Source of the DNA: Candidatus Desulfacyla sp.
GTDB taxonomy: Bacteria > Desulfobacterota > DSM-4660 > Desulfatiglandales > Desulfatiglandaceae
Direction: 5' to 3'
Length of the DNA: 54,297 nucleotides
Assembly: GCA_046484725.1 (NCBI GenBank)
Contig: JAWOIH010000214.1
Span: 1-54,297, forward strand
Shown: in pieces, positions 7,836 through 16,184 of the stretch
Layout: each line of letters starts with the position of its first letter
How positions within the stretch are numbered: position 1 is the first letter of the stretch
The notes under the pieces: generated by a model
Databases searched by the model: none
Seen by the model: only the letters and a program-made list of their open reading frames with translations
What the model was told of the DNA's origin: nothing
Translations under genes and position numbers: made by a program

Positions 7836-8321
7836 CTATCCCGTCTGGAATAGTTGGTGAAGGTCGGGATGGTTCTCGATGGCCTTCAGGAACTGCTCGG
7901 TTCGGCGCTCGAGGCGGCTCTTGAGAATGCTGGCAATAATCTGCATGACCCGATATCCCATGCTGTGATCCTTTTCCATCAGGTTTAAGAAATCCTCCCC
8001 AGGTATGCTCATCACCTCGCACGGCTCCACGCAGATAGCGGTGGAGGTATACTGAGAGCCGGGAAGCAGGGCAGACCAGCCGAAGCAGAACCCCGACTTG
8101 ACTGCGCCCATGGAGACGCTGATGGTCTCCGAGACATCCACCTCCAGGAGCAATTTTCCCTCCTTGAGCATGTAGAAAAATTTCGCATCATCTCCCTGTT
8201 GGAAGATGGTATCGCCGGCCCCGAACAGCCGCATTTGCAGCAGGGACGACATCCTCCCCAACATGGAATCCGTCAGGTTTTCCAAAAGATGGATTTTTCT
8301 CAGCTCTTTAAACGGGACCAT
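7836..8321 (-). CDS. stand-alone cyclic-nucleotide-binding domain protein (no HTH)
   Basis: 161 aa with a Crp/FNR-type effector domain pattern (IFQQGDDAKFFYMLKEGKLLL...FGWSALL). GGAGGA SD. Starts 44 nt after the last mrp gene on the same strand. Confidence 0.8.
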   Translation of the reverse strand: MVPFKELRKIHLLENLTDSMLGRMSSLLQMRLFGAGDTIFQQGDDAKFFYMLKEGKLLLEVDVSETISVSMGAVKSGFCFGWSALLPGSQYTSTAICVEPCEVMSIPGEDFLNLMEKDHSMGYRVMQIIASILKSRLERRTEQFLKAIENHPDLHQLFQTG

Positions 8322-8365
8322 GGGGCTTCCTCCGGTTGCCTTTTGACTTTCAGGAATTCACAATC

Positions 8366-10138
8366 CTACATGAAAACAAAGACCAGTACAAGGAATGCCG
8401 TGGCGGCGGCGGCCCCCAGCCCGACGGGGCAGGTACCGCCCATGACGTCGGCATAGAGGTTGAGTTTTCTCATTCGCAGTCGTTCCCCGCGTAATCCTGT
8501 CAGCATCCAGAAGGTGACCATCACGAAAACAGAAAGCCTCGCAATGATGTCCCTGAAGAGATGAGCGACGATTCGGACGAGCCCGCCGACAAAAAATCGT
8601 TCACAGACCGCGTTAATGGGGTTGAGAGTCCTGGCCATGACACGATAAAAGAGCCTCCCCCCCTTGCGGTAGAACCAGTCTACATCCAGATTGATGCACC
8701 GGATCTCCGCCGGGTAGATGCCCGAGAGGAGAAGGAGGGTGAAGGCCAGGGCTGAGAAGAAGAGAAGCTGGGTCTGGCCGAGGACATGGGGGGCCGTGTA
8801 CGGCACGTATTCCACCGGATAGGGGAGGAGGCTGTACAAAGGGGCCGGGTAAACGCCGATGAATATCGACAAAACCGCGGCGATGCCCATGGCAAGGAGC
8901 ATGTGGACCGGGGCTTCCTTCGGCCGCAGCCCGGAGTCGTGGGAGAAAAATGCGAAGTAGGGAATCTTGATCCCGGCATGGTGGAACACGCCGGCCGAGG
9001 CAAAGAGGAGCATGAACCAGATGATCCTCATGTGACCCGCGGCCGCTGCGTCCATGACCATGGACTTGCTGACAAACCCGCTGAAGAGGGGAAAGGCGGA
9101 GATGGAGGCGGCCCCCACCATGCAGAAGACGCAGGTCAGCGGCATGGTCCGGTAAAGCCCGCCTAAGTCCGTGCCGTTGATCTTTCCGGTGCGGTACATG
9201 ACAGCGCCCATGGACATGAAAAGGAGGGCCTTGAAAAGGATGTCGTTGAAGGCGTGGCATACGGCCCCGTTGATGGCCAGGGCGGTCCCGATGCCGATCC
9301 CGCAGACCATGAATCCTACCTGGTTGATGAGGCTGTAGGCCAGGACCCGTCTGAGGTCATTCTCGATCACTGCGTAAAAAATAGGAAAGGAGGTCATGAC
9401 GGCCCCGATCCATATGAGGGCCTCAGTGCCGGGAAAGGCCCTGGCCAAGGCATAGACCGCCACCTTGGTGGTAAAGGCGCTCAGGAATATGGTCCCGGTA
9501 ATGGTGGCCTCGGGATAGGCGTCCGTGAGCCAGGGGTGGAGGACCGGCCAGGCGCAGTTGAGGCCGAAACCGAGGAAGATGAGGTAGGTCCCCGGGCCGT
9601 TCAGGCCCAGGTAACCCAGCTCAATGGACCCGGTCTGATTCACATGGAGCACGATCCCGGCCAGGAGACACAGCCCCCCGGCCGCATGGACCAGGAGGTA
9701 CCGATACCCGGCGCCCAGGGATGCCTCGGTGCGCCTTGCCCAGATCAGAAAGATGGAGGATATGGTCAGCATCTCCCAGAAGACAAAAAAGGAAAAAAGA
9801 TCCCCTGAAAATACCGCCCCCAAGGCGCTCCCCGCATACACCAGCCCTGCCACATGCTGAATGTCGTCTTTGACGTGGAGGGCGTAGAGGATGGCGATAA
9901 AGGATATGATGTGGAATATGTAGCCGAAGAGAAGACTGAGCCGGTCCACCCTGCCGAAGATCAGGTGATAATCCAAAAATGGAACAACCCAGGAGGTCCC
10001 TTCTTCCATATGGATCAGGTTGATGAACCCAAGCACAGGAATCAGGAGGAGAAGGACGGACTTCCATCTCCCTTTAAGAAAGGGGACCAGCAGTGCACCC
10101 ACAATGAATATGATGACCGGAGGGAGCGGTTCAGTCAT
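8366..10138 (-). CDS. Mrp/NuoL-like antiporter subunit with a long C-terminal amphipathic extension
   Basis: 590 aa, NuoL/M/N-MrpD-type core (WEMLTISS, LHPWLTDAYPEA, FNDILFKALLFM). About 110 extra C-terminal residues end in a hydrophobic anchor. Confidence 0.85.
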   Translation of the reverse strand: MTEPLPPVIIFIVGALLVPFLKGRWKSVLLLLIPVLGFINLIHMEEGTSWVVPFLDYHLIFGRVDRLSLLFGYIFHIISFIAILYALHVKDDIQHVAGLVYAGSALGAVFSGDLFSFFVFWEMLTISSIFLIWARRTEASLGAGYRYLLVHAAGGLCLLAGIVLHVNQTGSIELGYLGLNGPGTYLIFLGFGLNCAWPVLHPWLTDAYPEATITGTIFLSAFTTKVAVYALARAFPGTEALIWIGAVMTSFPIFYAVIENDLRRVLAYSLINQVGFMVCGIGIGTALAINGAVCHAFNDILFKALLFMSMGAVMYRTGKINGTDLGGLYRTMPLTCVFCMVGAASISAFPLFSGFVSKSMVMDAAAAGHMRIIWFMLLFASAGVFHHAGIKIPYFAFFSHDSGLRPKEAPVHMLLAMGIAAVLSIFIGVYPAPLYSLLPYPVEYVPYTAPHVLGQTQLLFFSALAFTLLLLSGIYPAEIRCINLDVDWFYRKGGRLFYRVMARTLNPINAVCERFFVGGLVRIVAHLFRDIIARLSVFVMVTFWMLTGLRGERLRMRKLNLYADVMGGTCPVGLGAAAATAFLVLVFVFM

Positions 10139-10427
10139 AATAATCCTCTCGTCTCTTTACGAGGGGCCTCAAAATGTATTTCGCGGCCACCACAAGGACC
10201 ACGCATGCCACAAAGCCGTATACGGCATAGAATTCAGGCCATGCCTCCCAGCCGAAGTGCGGATGCTTGTGCACAAACCATTCGATCATAAGGAGGACCA
10301 GCAGAGATGCGTAAAAGCAGCCGAGGAGGATCTTCACATTCCGCGGATTGTCGAAGAGATAGCTCCGGGATTGTCGATTGTCGATTGTCGATTTTTGATT
10401 TGTGTCAGTTTCTTTTTGATCTTGCAT
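10131..10427 (-). CDS. small two-TM membrane protein of the mrp cluster
   Basis: ...ILLGCFYASLLVLLMIEWFVHKHPHFGWEAWPEFYAVYGFVACVVLVVAAKYILRPLVKRREDYYD. Its stop overlaps the next gene's start. The start is ambiguous: ATG 10427, GTG 10337 or TTG 10478. Confidence 0.55.
   Translation of the reverse strand: MQDQKETDTNQKSTIDNRQSRSYLFDNPRNVKILLGCFYASLLVLLMIEWFVHKHPHFGWEAWPEFYAVYGFVACVVLVVAAKYILRPLVKRREDYYD
10369..10403. repeat. tandem heptamer GATTGTC x3 plus two degenerate copies
   Basis: Read directly. Lies in the 5' part of, or just upstream of, the small membrane ORF. Confidence 0.8.
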
Positions 10428-10474
10428 GGTTACATCCTTCTTTGTAATGCGTTTATCATGGTGTGATCGGCGAT

Positions 10475-10603
10475 TCAAAGGGTCTTAAAGAGGATGAGAC
10501 CCAGATAGAGGGCGCCGATGGTGATGGCAATGAAGAAGGCGGTCCGGTATCCCGGGACCGGCTCGTGCGTCAGTTCCATCTTCTCTTCGTTTGGGTCACT
10601 CAT
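10475..10603 (-). CDS. 42-aa single-TM peptide (below the ORF-track size cut-off)
   Basis: ATG 10601-10603 with GAGGAA 8 nt upstream. MSDPNEEKMELTHEPVPGYRTAFFIAITIGALYLGLILFKTL. Located inside the mrp operon. Confidence 0.4.
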   Translation of the reverse strand: MSDPNEEKMELTHEPVPGYRTAFFIAITIGALYLGLILFKTL

Positions 10604-10713
10604 GCTGCAATTCCTCTATGGGTTAATAACCTGGCAAAGGGACCCAGACGACCCAAAAGACCCAATGAGCGGTGTGGATCGCCTGCCATCGGAGGCTGAG
10701 ATCAGAGGACAAG

Positions 10714-10762
10714 GCATCCGATCATCAAGCATCCAGTATCCAGAAACCAGTATCCAGAACCA
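10714..10762. repeat. ATCCAG-type word repeats
   Basis: GCATCCGATCATCAAGCATCCAGTATCCAGAAACCAGTATCCAGAACC, immediately 3' of the mrpD-2 stop (10763). Confidence 0.8.
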
Positions 10763-12241
10763 TCACCCTCCCGTTATTGCGGTGACCGCCATCTGCGCCA
10801 GCCGGAAAAAGGGCTGGGGATAGAAGAAGAGGACGATGGATATCAGGGCGGTGAGGGTCAGCGGGGCGATGCAGAACAGGGGGGCCTCCTCTATTCGGGT
10901 TTCCGATCCCTGCGTCTCCGGACGGCTGAAAAAGGCCCGGTAGACGATGGGCATGAAATAGGCGGCATTGAGCAGGGAACTGGTCAGGAGGACGACGAGG
11001 ACAGCCGTCTGTTCGGCCTGGAGCGAGCCTAACACCAGGTACCATTTGCTCAGGAACCCGCCGGTGGGGGGGAGCCCGATAATGCTCAAGGCCCCGAAAA
11101 AGAATGCCGTCATGGTCAGGGGCATCCTTCTCCCCAGCCCTTTCATCTCGCTGATATTCCGTTTCCCCGTGGCCACAAAGATGGCCCCGGCGCAGAAAAA
11201 GAGGGTGATTTTTCCAAAGGCATGCATGGCGATATGGAGCATCCCTCCGGTCATCCCCTTGGGGGAGAGGAGACCCACCCCCAGCACGATATAGGACAAC
11301 TGAGCAATGGTGGAAAATGCGAGAAGGCGCTTCAGGTTGTCCTGGGTAAGGGCGATGAGGGACCCCGCAATGATGGTGAAGGATGCGATGATGCAGATGA
11401 GGGTGTCCAGATGAAGGGTCGACAACAGGTCGATCCCGAACACCCCTGTCAACACGCGGACAATGCTGAAAACCCCCACCTTCACAACGGCCACGGCATG
11501 GAGGAGGGCGCTCACCGGCGTGGGGGCCACCATGGCCGCAGGGAGCCACGCGTGAAACGGCATAATGGCGGCCTTGGCAAAGCCGAAGAGAAACATCAGG
11601 AGGAGGAGTGTCACCAGCCCTTTGGAAGCGGTCCCGGTCAGGAATCCATGACTCGAGAATTCCAGAGTCCCGGCCTGGGTATAGCAGATCAACATGGCCG
11701 GGAGGGCCAGTCCGATGGATGCGCCCAAGATGTACGTCAGATACTTCCGGCCCGAGGTCCGTGCCTCTGCGTCCTGGTGGTGGGTCACCAGGGGATAGGT
11801 GGCCAGGGAGAGCATCTCGTAAAAGAGATAAAGGGTCAGGAGGTTGGCCGAAAAGGCCACCCCGATAGTGGCTGAAAGGGCCAGTGCAAAAAAACAGAAA
11901 TATCGGGTCTGGCTGTGTTCATCGAGCCCCCGCATGTATCCGATGGAATAGGCGCTGGTGATGATCCATAACGAGGAGGCCACCAGTGCAAAGAGCATCC
12001 CCAGGGAATCGACCCGGAACCCGATGGCGACCCCCGGAACCACCTCTGCGAGGGTGAAGACCATCTGGTGTCCCTTGAGGATGACGGGGAGCATGGAGAG
12101 GACAATGAGGAATTTTACAATGGCGGCGATGAATGTCCAGGACTCCCTAATATTGGCCCGTCTGCTGAGGATCAGGAGCGGGACCGCGGCGATGGACACC
12201 AGCACGGCGATGAATGGCTTTATGGAGACGATGGGTTCCAC
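10763..12241 (-). CDS. mrpD: Mrp antiporter subunit D (NuoM/N-like), paralog 2
   Basis: 492 aa, 14-TM antiporter-like. MPFHAWLPAAMVAPTPVSALLHAVAVVKVG motif. GTG start. Confidence 0.85.
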   Translation of the reverse strand: MEPIVSIKPFIAVLVSIAAVPLLILSRRANIRESWTFIAAIVKFLIVLSMLPVILKGHQMVFTLAEVVPGVAIGFRVDSLGMLFALVASSLWIITSAYSIGYMRGLDEHSQTRYFCFFALALSATIGVAFSANLLTLYLFYEMLSLATYPLVTHHQDAEARTSGRKYLTYILGASIGLALPAMLICYTQAGTLEFSSHGFLTGTASKGLVTLLLLMFLFGFAKAAIMPFHAWLPAAMVAPTPVSALLHAVAVVKVGVFSIVRVLTGVFGIDLLSTLHLDTLICIIASFTIIAGSLIALTQDNLKRLLAFSTIAQLSYIVLGVGLLSPKGMTGGMLHIAMHAFGKITLFFCAGAIFVATGKRNISEMKGLGRRMPLTMTAFFFGALSIIGLPPTGGFLSKWYLVLGSLQAEQTAVLVVLLTSSLLNAAYFMPIVYRAFFSRPETQGSETRIEEAPLFCIAPLTLTALISIVLFFYPQPFFRLAQMAVTAITGG

Positions 12242-12244
12242 GAT

Positions 12245-12372
12245 AAGTGCCTAAAGTGAGCTAAAGTGCCTAAAGTTGAAAAGCAGAAAAGTTGATAAAG
12301 TCAAAGGCTCAAAGCTGAAAGCTGAAAGCGATGAACATCCAGTATCCAGAATCGAGCATCCAGCATCCGGCA
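12245..12372. repeat. composite word-repeat block (CTAAAGT words, GCTSAAA words, ATCCAG words)
   Basis: AAGTGCCTAAAGTGAGCTAAAGTGCCTAAAGTT...GCTCAAAGCTGAAAGCTGAAAGC...ATCCAGTATCCAGAATCGAGCATCCAGCATCCGG. Confidence 0.85.
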
Positions 12373-12375
12373 CCC

Positions 12376-12462
12376 CTACCGCGCCAGGGCTGCGGGGATA
12401 ACGGGATCGATGAGGGTCGTTACGATCGTCCCCGTATACATGCCGATGATCACCAGCCCCGT
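12376..12462 (-). other. in-frame coding-like extension of mrpD-1 beyond its TAA stop
   Basis: After TAA (12463-12465) the same frame reads TGLVIIGMYTGTIVTTLIDPVIPAALAR, then TAG. With the stop bridged, the C-terminus aligns residue for residue with that of paralog 2. Confidence 0.55.
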
Positions 12463-13869
12463 TTAGACGATTAAGAGTGGGGTCAGCATGGTTGCAGGGG
12501 CCTCTGTCCTCGGCTCCGATGGAGATCCATGGCCATGGGCGTGTTGCATATCTCCATAGTAGCTGATCTCAATCACCCTGAAAAAGAGGATAACGTTAAC
12601 AAGGCTGCTGAACAAGAGCGCTGCCACGAAGCCGTAGTGCCCTGCCTGAAGGGCCCCGGTGATAAGGTACCATTTGCTGAAGAATCCGCAGGTGGGCGGC
12701 ACCCCGATGATGCTCAGACCGGCCGCCACAAAGCAGGCCATTGTCAACGGCATCCGGTGAAAGAGCCCCCGCAACTGGTGGAGTTCCAGCCCGTTGATCC
12801 GGTAATAGATATTGCCGGCCGCCAGAAAGAGGGTAATGGTCATGAGCGCATCGTTAAGGATGTGGAGGATCGCCCCTGTCATGCCCGCGGCATTGCCGAG
12901 CCATGCCCCTCCCACCATGTAGCCGATTTCAGAGACAATGATGTAACAGAACATCCTTTTGAGGTTTTTCTGGGCCAGGGCCAGCGAGGCCCCCATGACA
13001 ATGGCCAGGATAGACAGCCAGACCATCGCATCGCCCAGATTCAGAATCGAGAGGGTGAAGTCAATGGAGAAGACCGAGAGCATGAGGCGTATCATCACAT
13101 AGACCATGACCTTGGTCATGAGGGGCGCGATGAGGCTGCTCACCGCAGAGGGAGCACAGGTGTATGCATTGGGAAGCCAGCCATGAAGAGGGAAGAAGGC
13201 CATTTTGACGCCTATCCCCACCATGCAGAAGGCGAAGGCCACCCATACGGCTGTCGACGAATAAATGGCAGGGAGGAGGGATGCCACATCCGACATGTTG
13301 AGGGAACCGGTCATGATGTAGAGGTATCCTACGCCCAAGAGATAAAAACAGCCGCCGATGGTCCCGATGAAGAGGTAGTTGAGGCTGGCCAGGGGTGCAC
13401 GGGGCCCTCCCAGGGCGATCAGGGCGTAACTGGTCAGGGAGGCCACCTCCAGCAGGACATAGAGATTGAAGAGGTCTCCGGTCACTACCATACCGACCAG
13501 GCCTACCGTAAAGAGGAGATAGAGGGTGTAAAAGGCGCCTTCCTTTTCAGGAAATTCCGCGACTACGCTCCTGCGTGTTGCCAGAAGATTGATGAAGACC
13601 AGGACGGATACCACTGCCAGGACCATTGCGTTCAGGGTGTCTACCTGATATCCGATGCCCCAGGGCGTCTCCCATCCCCCCAACCGGTACTGAACCGCGC
13701 CGTTCCGGAGGACATCCACCAGGAGCCGCACTGAAAACCAGGCGCAAAGGCCCGAGCCGACAACGGCCAGCGGGTAGCAGAGACCCTTCCTGATCCATGC
13801 CATGCCGCTGACGAGGAACGCAAAGAGAAGCGGTGCGATAATCAGAAGGGCAGGGTAATGGTCGTTCAT
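12463..13869 (-). CDS. mrpD: Mrp antiporter subunit D (NuoM/N-like), paralog 1, apparently shortened by a premature TAA
   Basis: 468 aa. FFPLHGWLPNAYTCAPSAVSSLIAPLMTKV motif. ATGA overlap with mrpC. Confidence 0.85.
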   Translation of the reverse strand: MNDHYPALLIIAPLLFAFLVSGMAWIRKGLCYPLAVVGSGLCAWFSVRLLVDVLRNGAVQYRLGGWETPWGIGYQVDTLNAMVLAVVSVLVFINLLATRRSVVAEFPEKEGAFYTLYLLFTVGLVGMVVTGDLFNLYVLLEVASLTSYALIALGGPRAPLASLNYLFIGTIGGCFYLLGVGYLYIMTGSLNMSDVASLLPAIYSSTAVWVAFAFCMVGIGVKMAFFPLHGWLPNAYTCAPSAVSSLIAPLMTKVMVYVMIRLMLSVFSIDFTLSILNLGDAMVWLSILAIVMGASLALAQKNLKRMFCYIIVSEIGYMVGGAWLGNAAGMTGAILHILNDALMTITLFLAAGNIYYRINGLELHQLRGLFHRMPLTMACFVAAGLSIIGVPPTCGFFSKWYLITGALQAGHYGFVAALLFSSLVNVILFFRVIEISYYGDMQHAHGHGSPSEPRTEAPATMLTPLLIV

Positions 13870-14261
13870 CGCGGCCTCAATCGCGCGAGAATTTCATCTT
13901 CTTCCAGCGTCTTGTATTTTTGATAGACCTTTATGGCCAGGGCCAGGGCCACGCCGAATGTGGAAACAGAGACCACGATGGCCGTCAGCATCAGCACATG
14001 GGGCAGCGGATTGACATACTGGCTGAGATCAACGGCGTGGTGGCCGGTGTTCAGCCCATGCTGGATGATCGGAATGCCTGCCCCTTTTTTGCATCCGATG
14101 GAGACATAAAAGAGGATGATGGAGGTCTGGAAGATGTTCATCCCCACCAGTTTTTTGATGAGGTTGTTCTTGGCGATCATGGCATAGAGCCCGATCATCA
14201 TCAAAACAATGTAGAGCCAGTAATTGTACTTGGCCACAAGAATGGGAATGAGATCCGACAT
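13866..14261 (-). CDS. mrpC: Mrp antiporter subunit C (NuoK-like)
   Basis: 131 aa, with LIKKLVGMNIFQTSIILFYVSIG. Confidence 0.85.
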   Translation of the reverse strand: MSDLIPILVAKYNYWLYIVLMMIGLYAMIAKNNLIKKLVGMNIFQTSIILFYVSIGCKKGAGIPIIQHGLNTGHHAVDLSQYVNPLPHVLMLTAIVVSVSTFGVALALAIKVYQKYKTLEEDEILARLRPR

Positions 14262-14264
14262 CGC

Positions 14265-15089
14265 CTATAACCCCTCATCCTGTTTTCCGGCCGAGGCCAG
14301 ATTGTTGTAGATGGAGATCATGACGGCCATGACCGTAATCCCCACGCCGAGCTCGACGCCTAAGATCCCGTGTGAACGGGCCATGATCTCATCTGCAAAA
14401 AGGATCACGGAGAGATTGCCGTAATCCAGGAATGTGGCCCCTAAAATGACACAGACGGCCCCGATTCCAGCATAGATGAATACGCCGACGGCCATGAGGA
14501 GGTTGTCGACCTTTTCGCTGATGCGGGCAATGGCGGTACGCATGTTGTGGGAAATGGCGAGCAGAATGATGCTGGCGCCCAGTATAACGCCACCCTGAAA
14601 ACCGCCCCCGGGGCTGTGATGACCATGAGCGATCACATAGAGTGCAAAAAGCTGGATAAATGGAACGAGTATCCGGCACATGGTCTTGATGATCAGGTCA
14701 TAGGGGGTCCACAGGGTGTCGATACGCTCAAACTCCCTGGATTTTTCAGGGATTTTGCCGCCCTTTATATGAAGCGTGATCTCGGTGGCAATGTGACGGT
14801 AATAGCGGTCTTCCGGCTTCTGTCTGAATATCCTCAGGAGTACGAAACAGCCGATGCCGGCGCAGAAGATGACAGTGGTCTCAAACATAGTGTCAAAACC
14901 GCGGTAATCGGCCAATATAGCCGTTACGACATTGGGGACGGCGGTCTCTTCCATGGCCTTCTGAAGATACCGGGGGGATACGTGGGTGCTGGCAGGGGAG
15001 TCAGGCGCCCCCCACGGCGGGAAGTCCCGGGTGGCGTAGAGGAGGAGCGTCCCTGCCAGCAAAACGATGATAAGCCCTGCCGCCTTCAA
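14265..15089 (-). CDS. mrpB: Mrp antiporter subunit B
   Basis: VVTAILADYRGFDTMFETTVIF motif. The proposed TTG start at 15089 overlaps the DUF4040 gene stop. The longer ORF in the track overlaps that gene. Confidence 0.7.
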   Translation of the reverse strand: MKAAGLIIVLLAGTLLLYATRDFPPWGAPDSPASTHVSPRYLQKAMEETAVPNVVTAILADYRGFDTMFETTVIFCAGIGCFVLLRIFRQKPEDRYYRHIATEITLHIKGGKIPEKSREFERIDTLWTPYDLIIKTMCRILVPFIQLFALYVIAHGHHSPGGGFQGGVILGASIILLAISHNMRTAIARISEKVDNLLMAVGVFIYAGIGAVCVILGATFLDYGNLSVILFADEIMARSHGILGVELGVGITVMAVMISIYNNLASAGKQDEGL

Positions 15090-15331
15090 TCTCGAGTCCT
15101 CCGGGTCGTGTGGAATACGGCCGCCACAAAAAAGACGGTGCTCACCCCGGCCCCCACCGACGCCTCTGTAAAGGCCACATCCACAGCAGCCATGATGGCC
15201 CAGAGGAGGCACATGAGAAAGCTGTAGGCCCCGAACAGAATGGCGCAGCCGAGTAGATCTTTTACAGCGATGGCGGCGATGGCGGTAAAGATGACCAGCG
15301 TCAGAATCGCGAGGTCCAGTTGCCAGATCAT
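15086..15331 (-). CDS. DUF4040 / MrpA-B-like small membrane subunit (MbhD-like)
   Basis: MIWQLDLAILTLVIFTAIAAIAVKDLLGCAILFGAYSFLMCLLWAIMAAVDVAFTEASVGAGVSTV. AAGGGGG SD before ATG 15331. Confidence 0.7.
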   Translation of the reverse strand: MIWQLDLAILTLVIFTAIAAIAVKDLLGCAILFGAYSFLMCLLWAIMAAVDVAFTEASVGAGVSTVFFVAAVFHTTRRTRD

Positions 15332-15347
15332 GAGGAGACCCCCTTGG

Positions 15348-15421
15348 AAGTGCCTAAAGTGCCTAAAGTGAGCTAAAGTGCCTAAAGTTACGAGTGCCTG
15401 AAGTCGCAAGCGCCTGAAGCG
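15348..15421. repeat. nonamer GTGCCTAAA-type words followed by GCCTGAAG words
   Basis: AAGTGCCTAAAGTGCCTAAAGTGAGCTAAAGTGCCTAAAGTTACGAGTGCCTGAAGTCGCAAGCGCCTGAAGC. Confidence 0.85.
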
Positions 15422-15460
15422 ACGGATTACATTTCATGCTCTTCATTCGATGTTCGACGT

Positions 15461-15781
15461 TCATCTCTTCTCCTTGGTCCAGGGTTTGAGGCCGGCCCTG
15501 ACGCCCGCATCGACAATGGCATGGGTGGCCGTAGGGCTCAGGACAAAGACGAAGAGCACAATCAACATTATCTTCAGGCTGGTAATAAGCTGGGCCCACG
15601 TGAAGTCATGAAGGTTGAAGAGGGCCACGGCCAGTACCATAAGAAGAGACCCAAGTGTGTCCATCTTGCCGGCCGGATGGAGCCGCGTGTAAAAGTCGGG
15701 CAGTCGCAAGATCCCCACTGCCCCGCCTGTAAAAAAAATCAGGCCGCTGATAAGGAGAAAAATCACAATGATGTCCAACAT
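15461..15781 (-). CDS. mrpG: Mrp antiporter subunit G
   Basis: MLDIIVIFLLISGLIFFTGGAVGILRLPDFYTRLHPAGKMDTLG. AAGGGG SD before ATG 15781. Confidence 0.8.
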   Translation of the reverse strand: MLDIIVIFLLISGLIFFTGGAVGILRLPDFYTRLHPAGKMDTLGSLLMVLAVALFNLHDFTWAQLITSLKIMLIVLFVFVLSPTATHAIVDAGVRAGLKPWTKEKR

Positions 15782-15793
15782 GAGCGCCCCTTG

Positions 15794-15822
15794 GGGATTG
15801 ATGATTGTTGATTGATGATTGA
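15794..15822. repeat. tandem heptamers GATTGAT GATTGTT GATTGAT GATTGA
   Basis: Read directly. On the mRNA strand it lies immediately 5' of the mrpG SD. Confidence 0.8.
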
Positions 15823-15902
15823 AAAAAACCTGCAATCTGAAACCGGAAACCCGTTACGTTTGTCCGCGAACCCAATAAACCCGACAAAAACCGCAAGTAC
15901 CG

Positions 15903-16184
15903 TTATGACGACTCTTCGTAAAGCCCCTTCTTCTTTTGAAAATACCGGGACGCAGCCAATACGGCCGTGAAATTGAGAAGGGCATAGGCCAGGGCAATAT
16001 CCACGAACATATCCACTCGGCCGTAGATCAGGCCGATCAGCAAAAGTAGAATGACCGTCTTGCTTCCGATGGCATTGACGCCGATCAGACGATCCAGGAC
16101 CGTGGGGCCGAAGATGGCGCGGTACAGCGATGCAATCATCAACAGACAGAGATACAGACCCGTATAGAGAAAGACGTTCGACAT
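15903..16184 (-). CDS. mrpF: Mrp antiporter subunit F
   Basis: 93 aa, with YRAIFGPTVLDRLIGVNAIGSKTVILLLLIG. TGATG overlap with mrpE. Confidence 0.85.
   Translation of the reverse strand: MSNVFLYTGLYLCLLMIASLYRAIFGPTVLDRLIGVNAIGSKTVILLLLIGLIYGRVDMFVDIALAYALLNFTAVLAASRYFQKKKGLYEESS

Noticed and set aside
12245-15421. CRISPR-like appearance of the repeated words
   Set aside because: The units are 7-9 nt long and directly tandem, with no unique spacers of 25-40 nt and no cas genes. This is not a CRISPR array.
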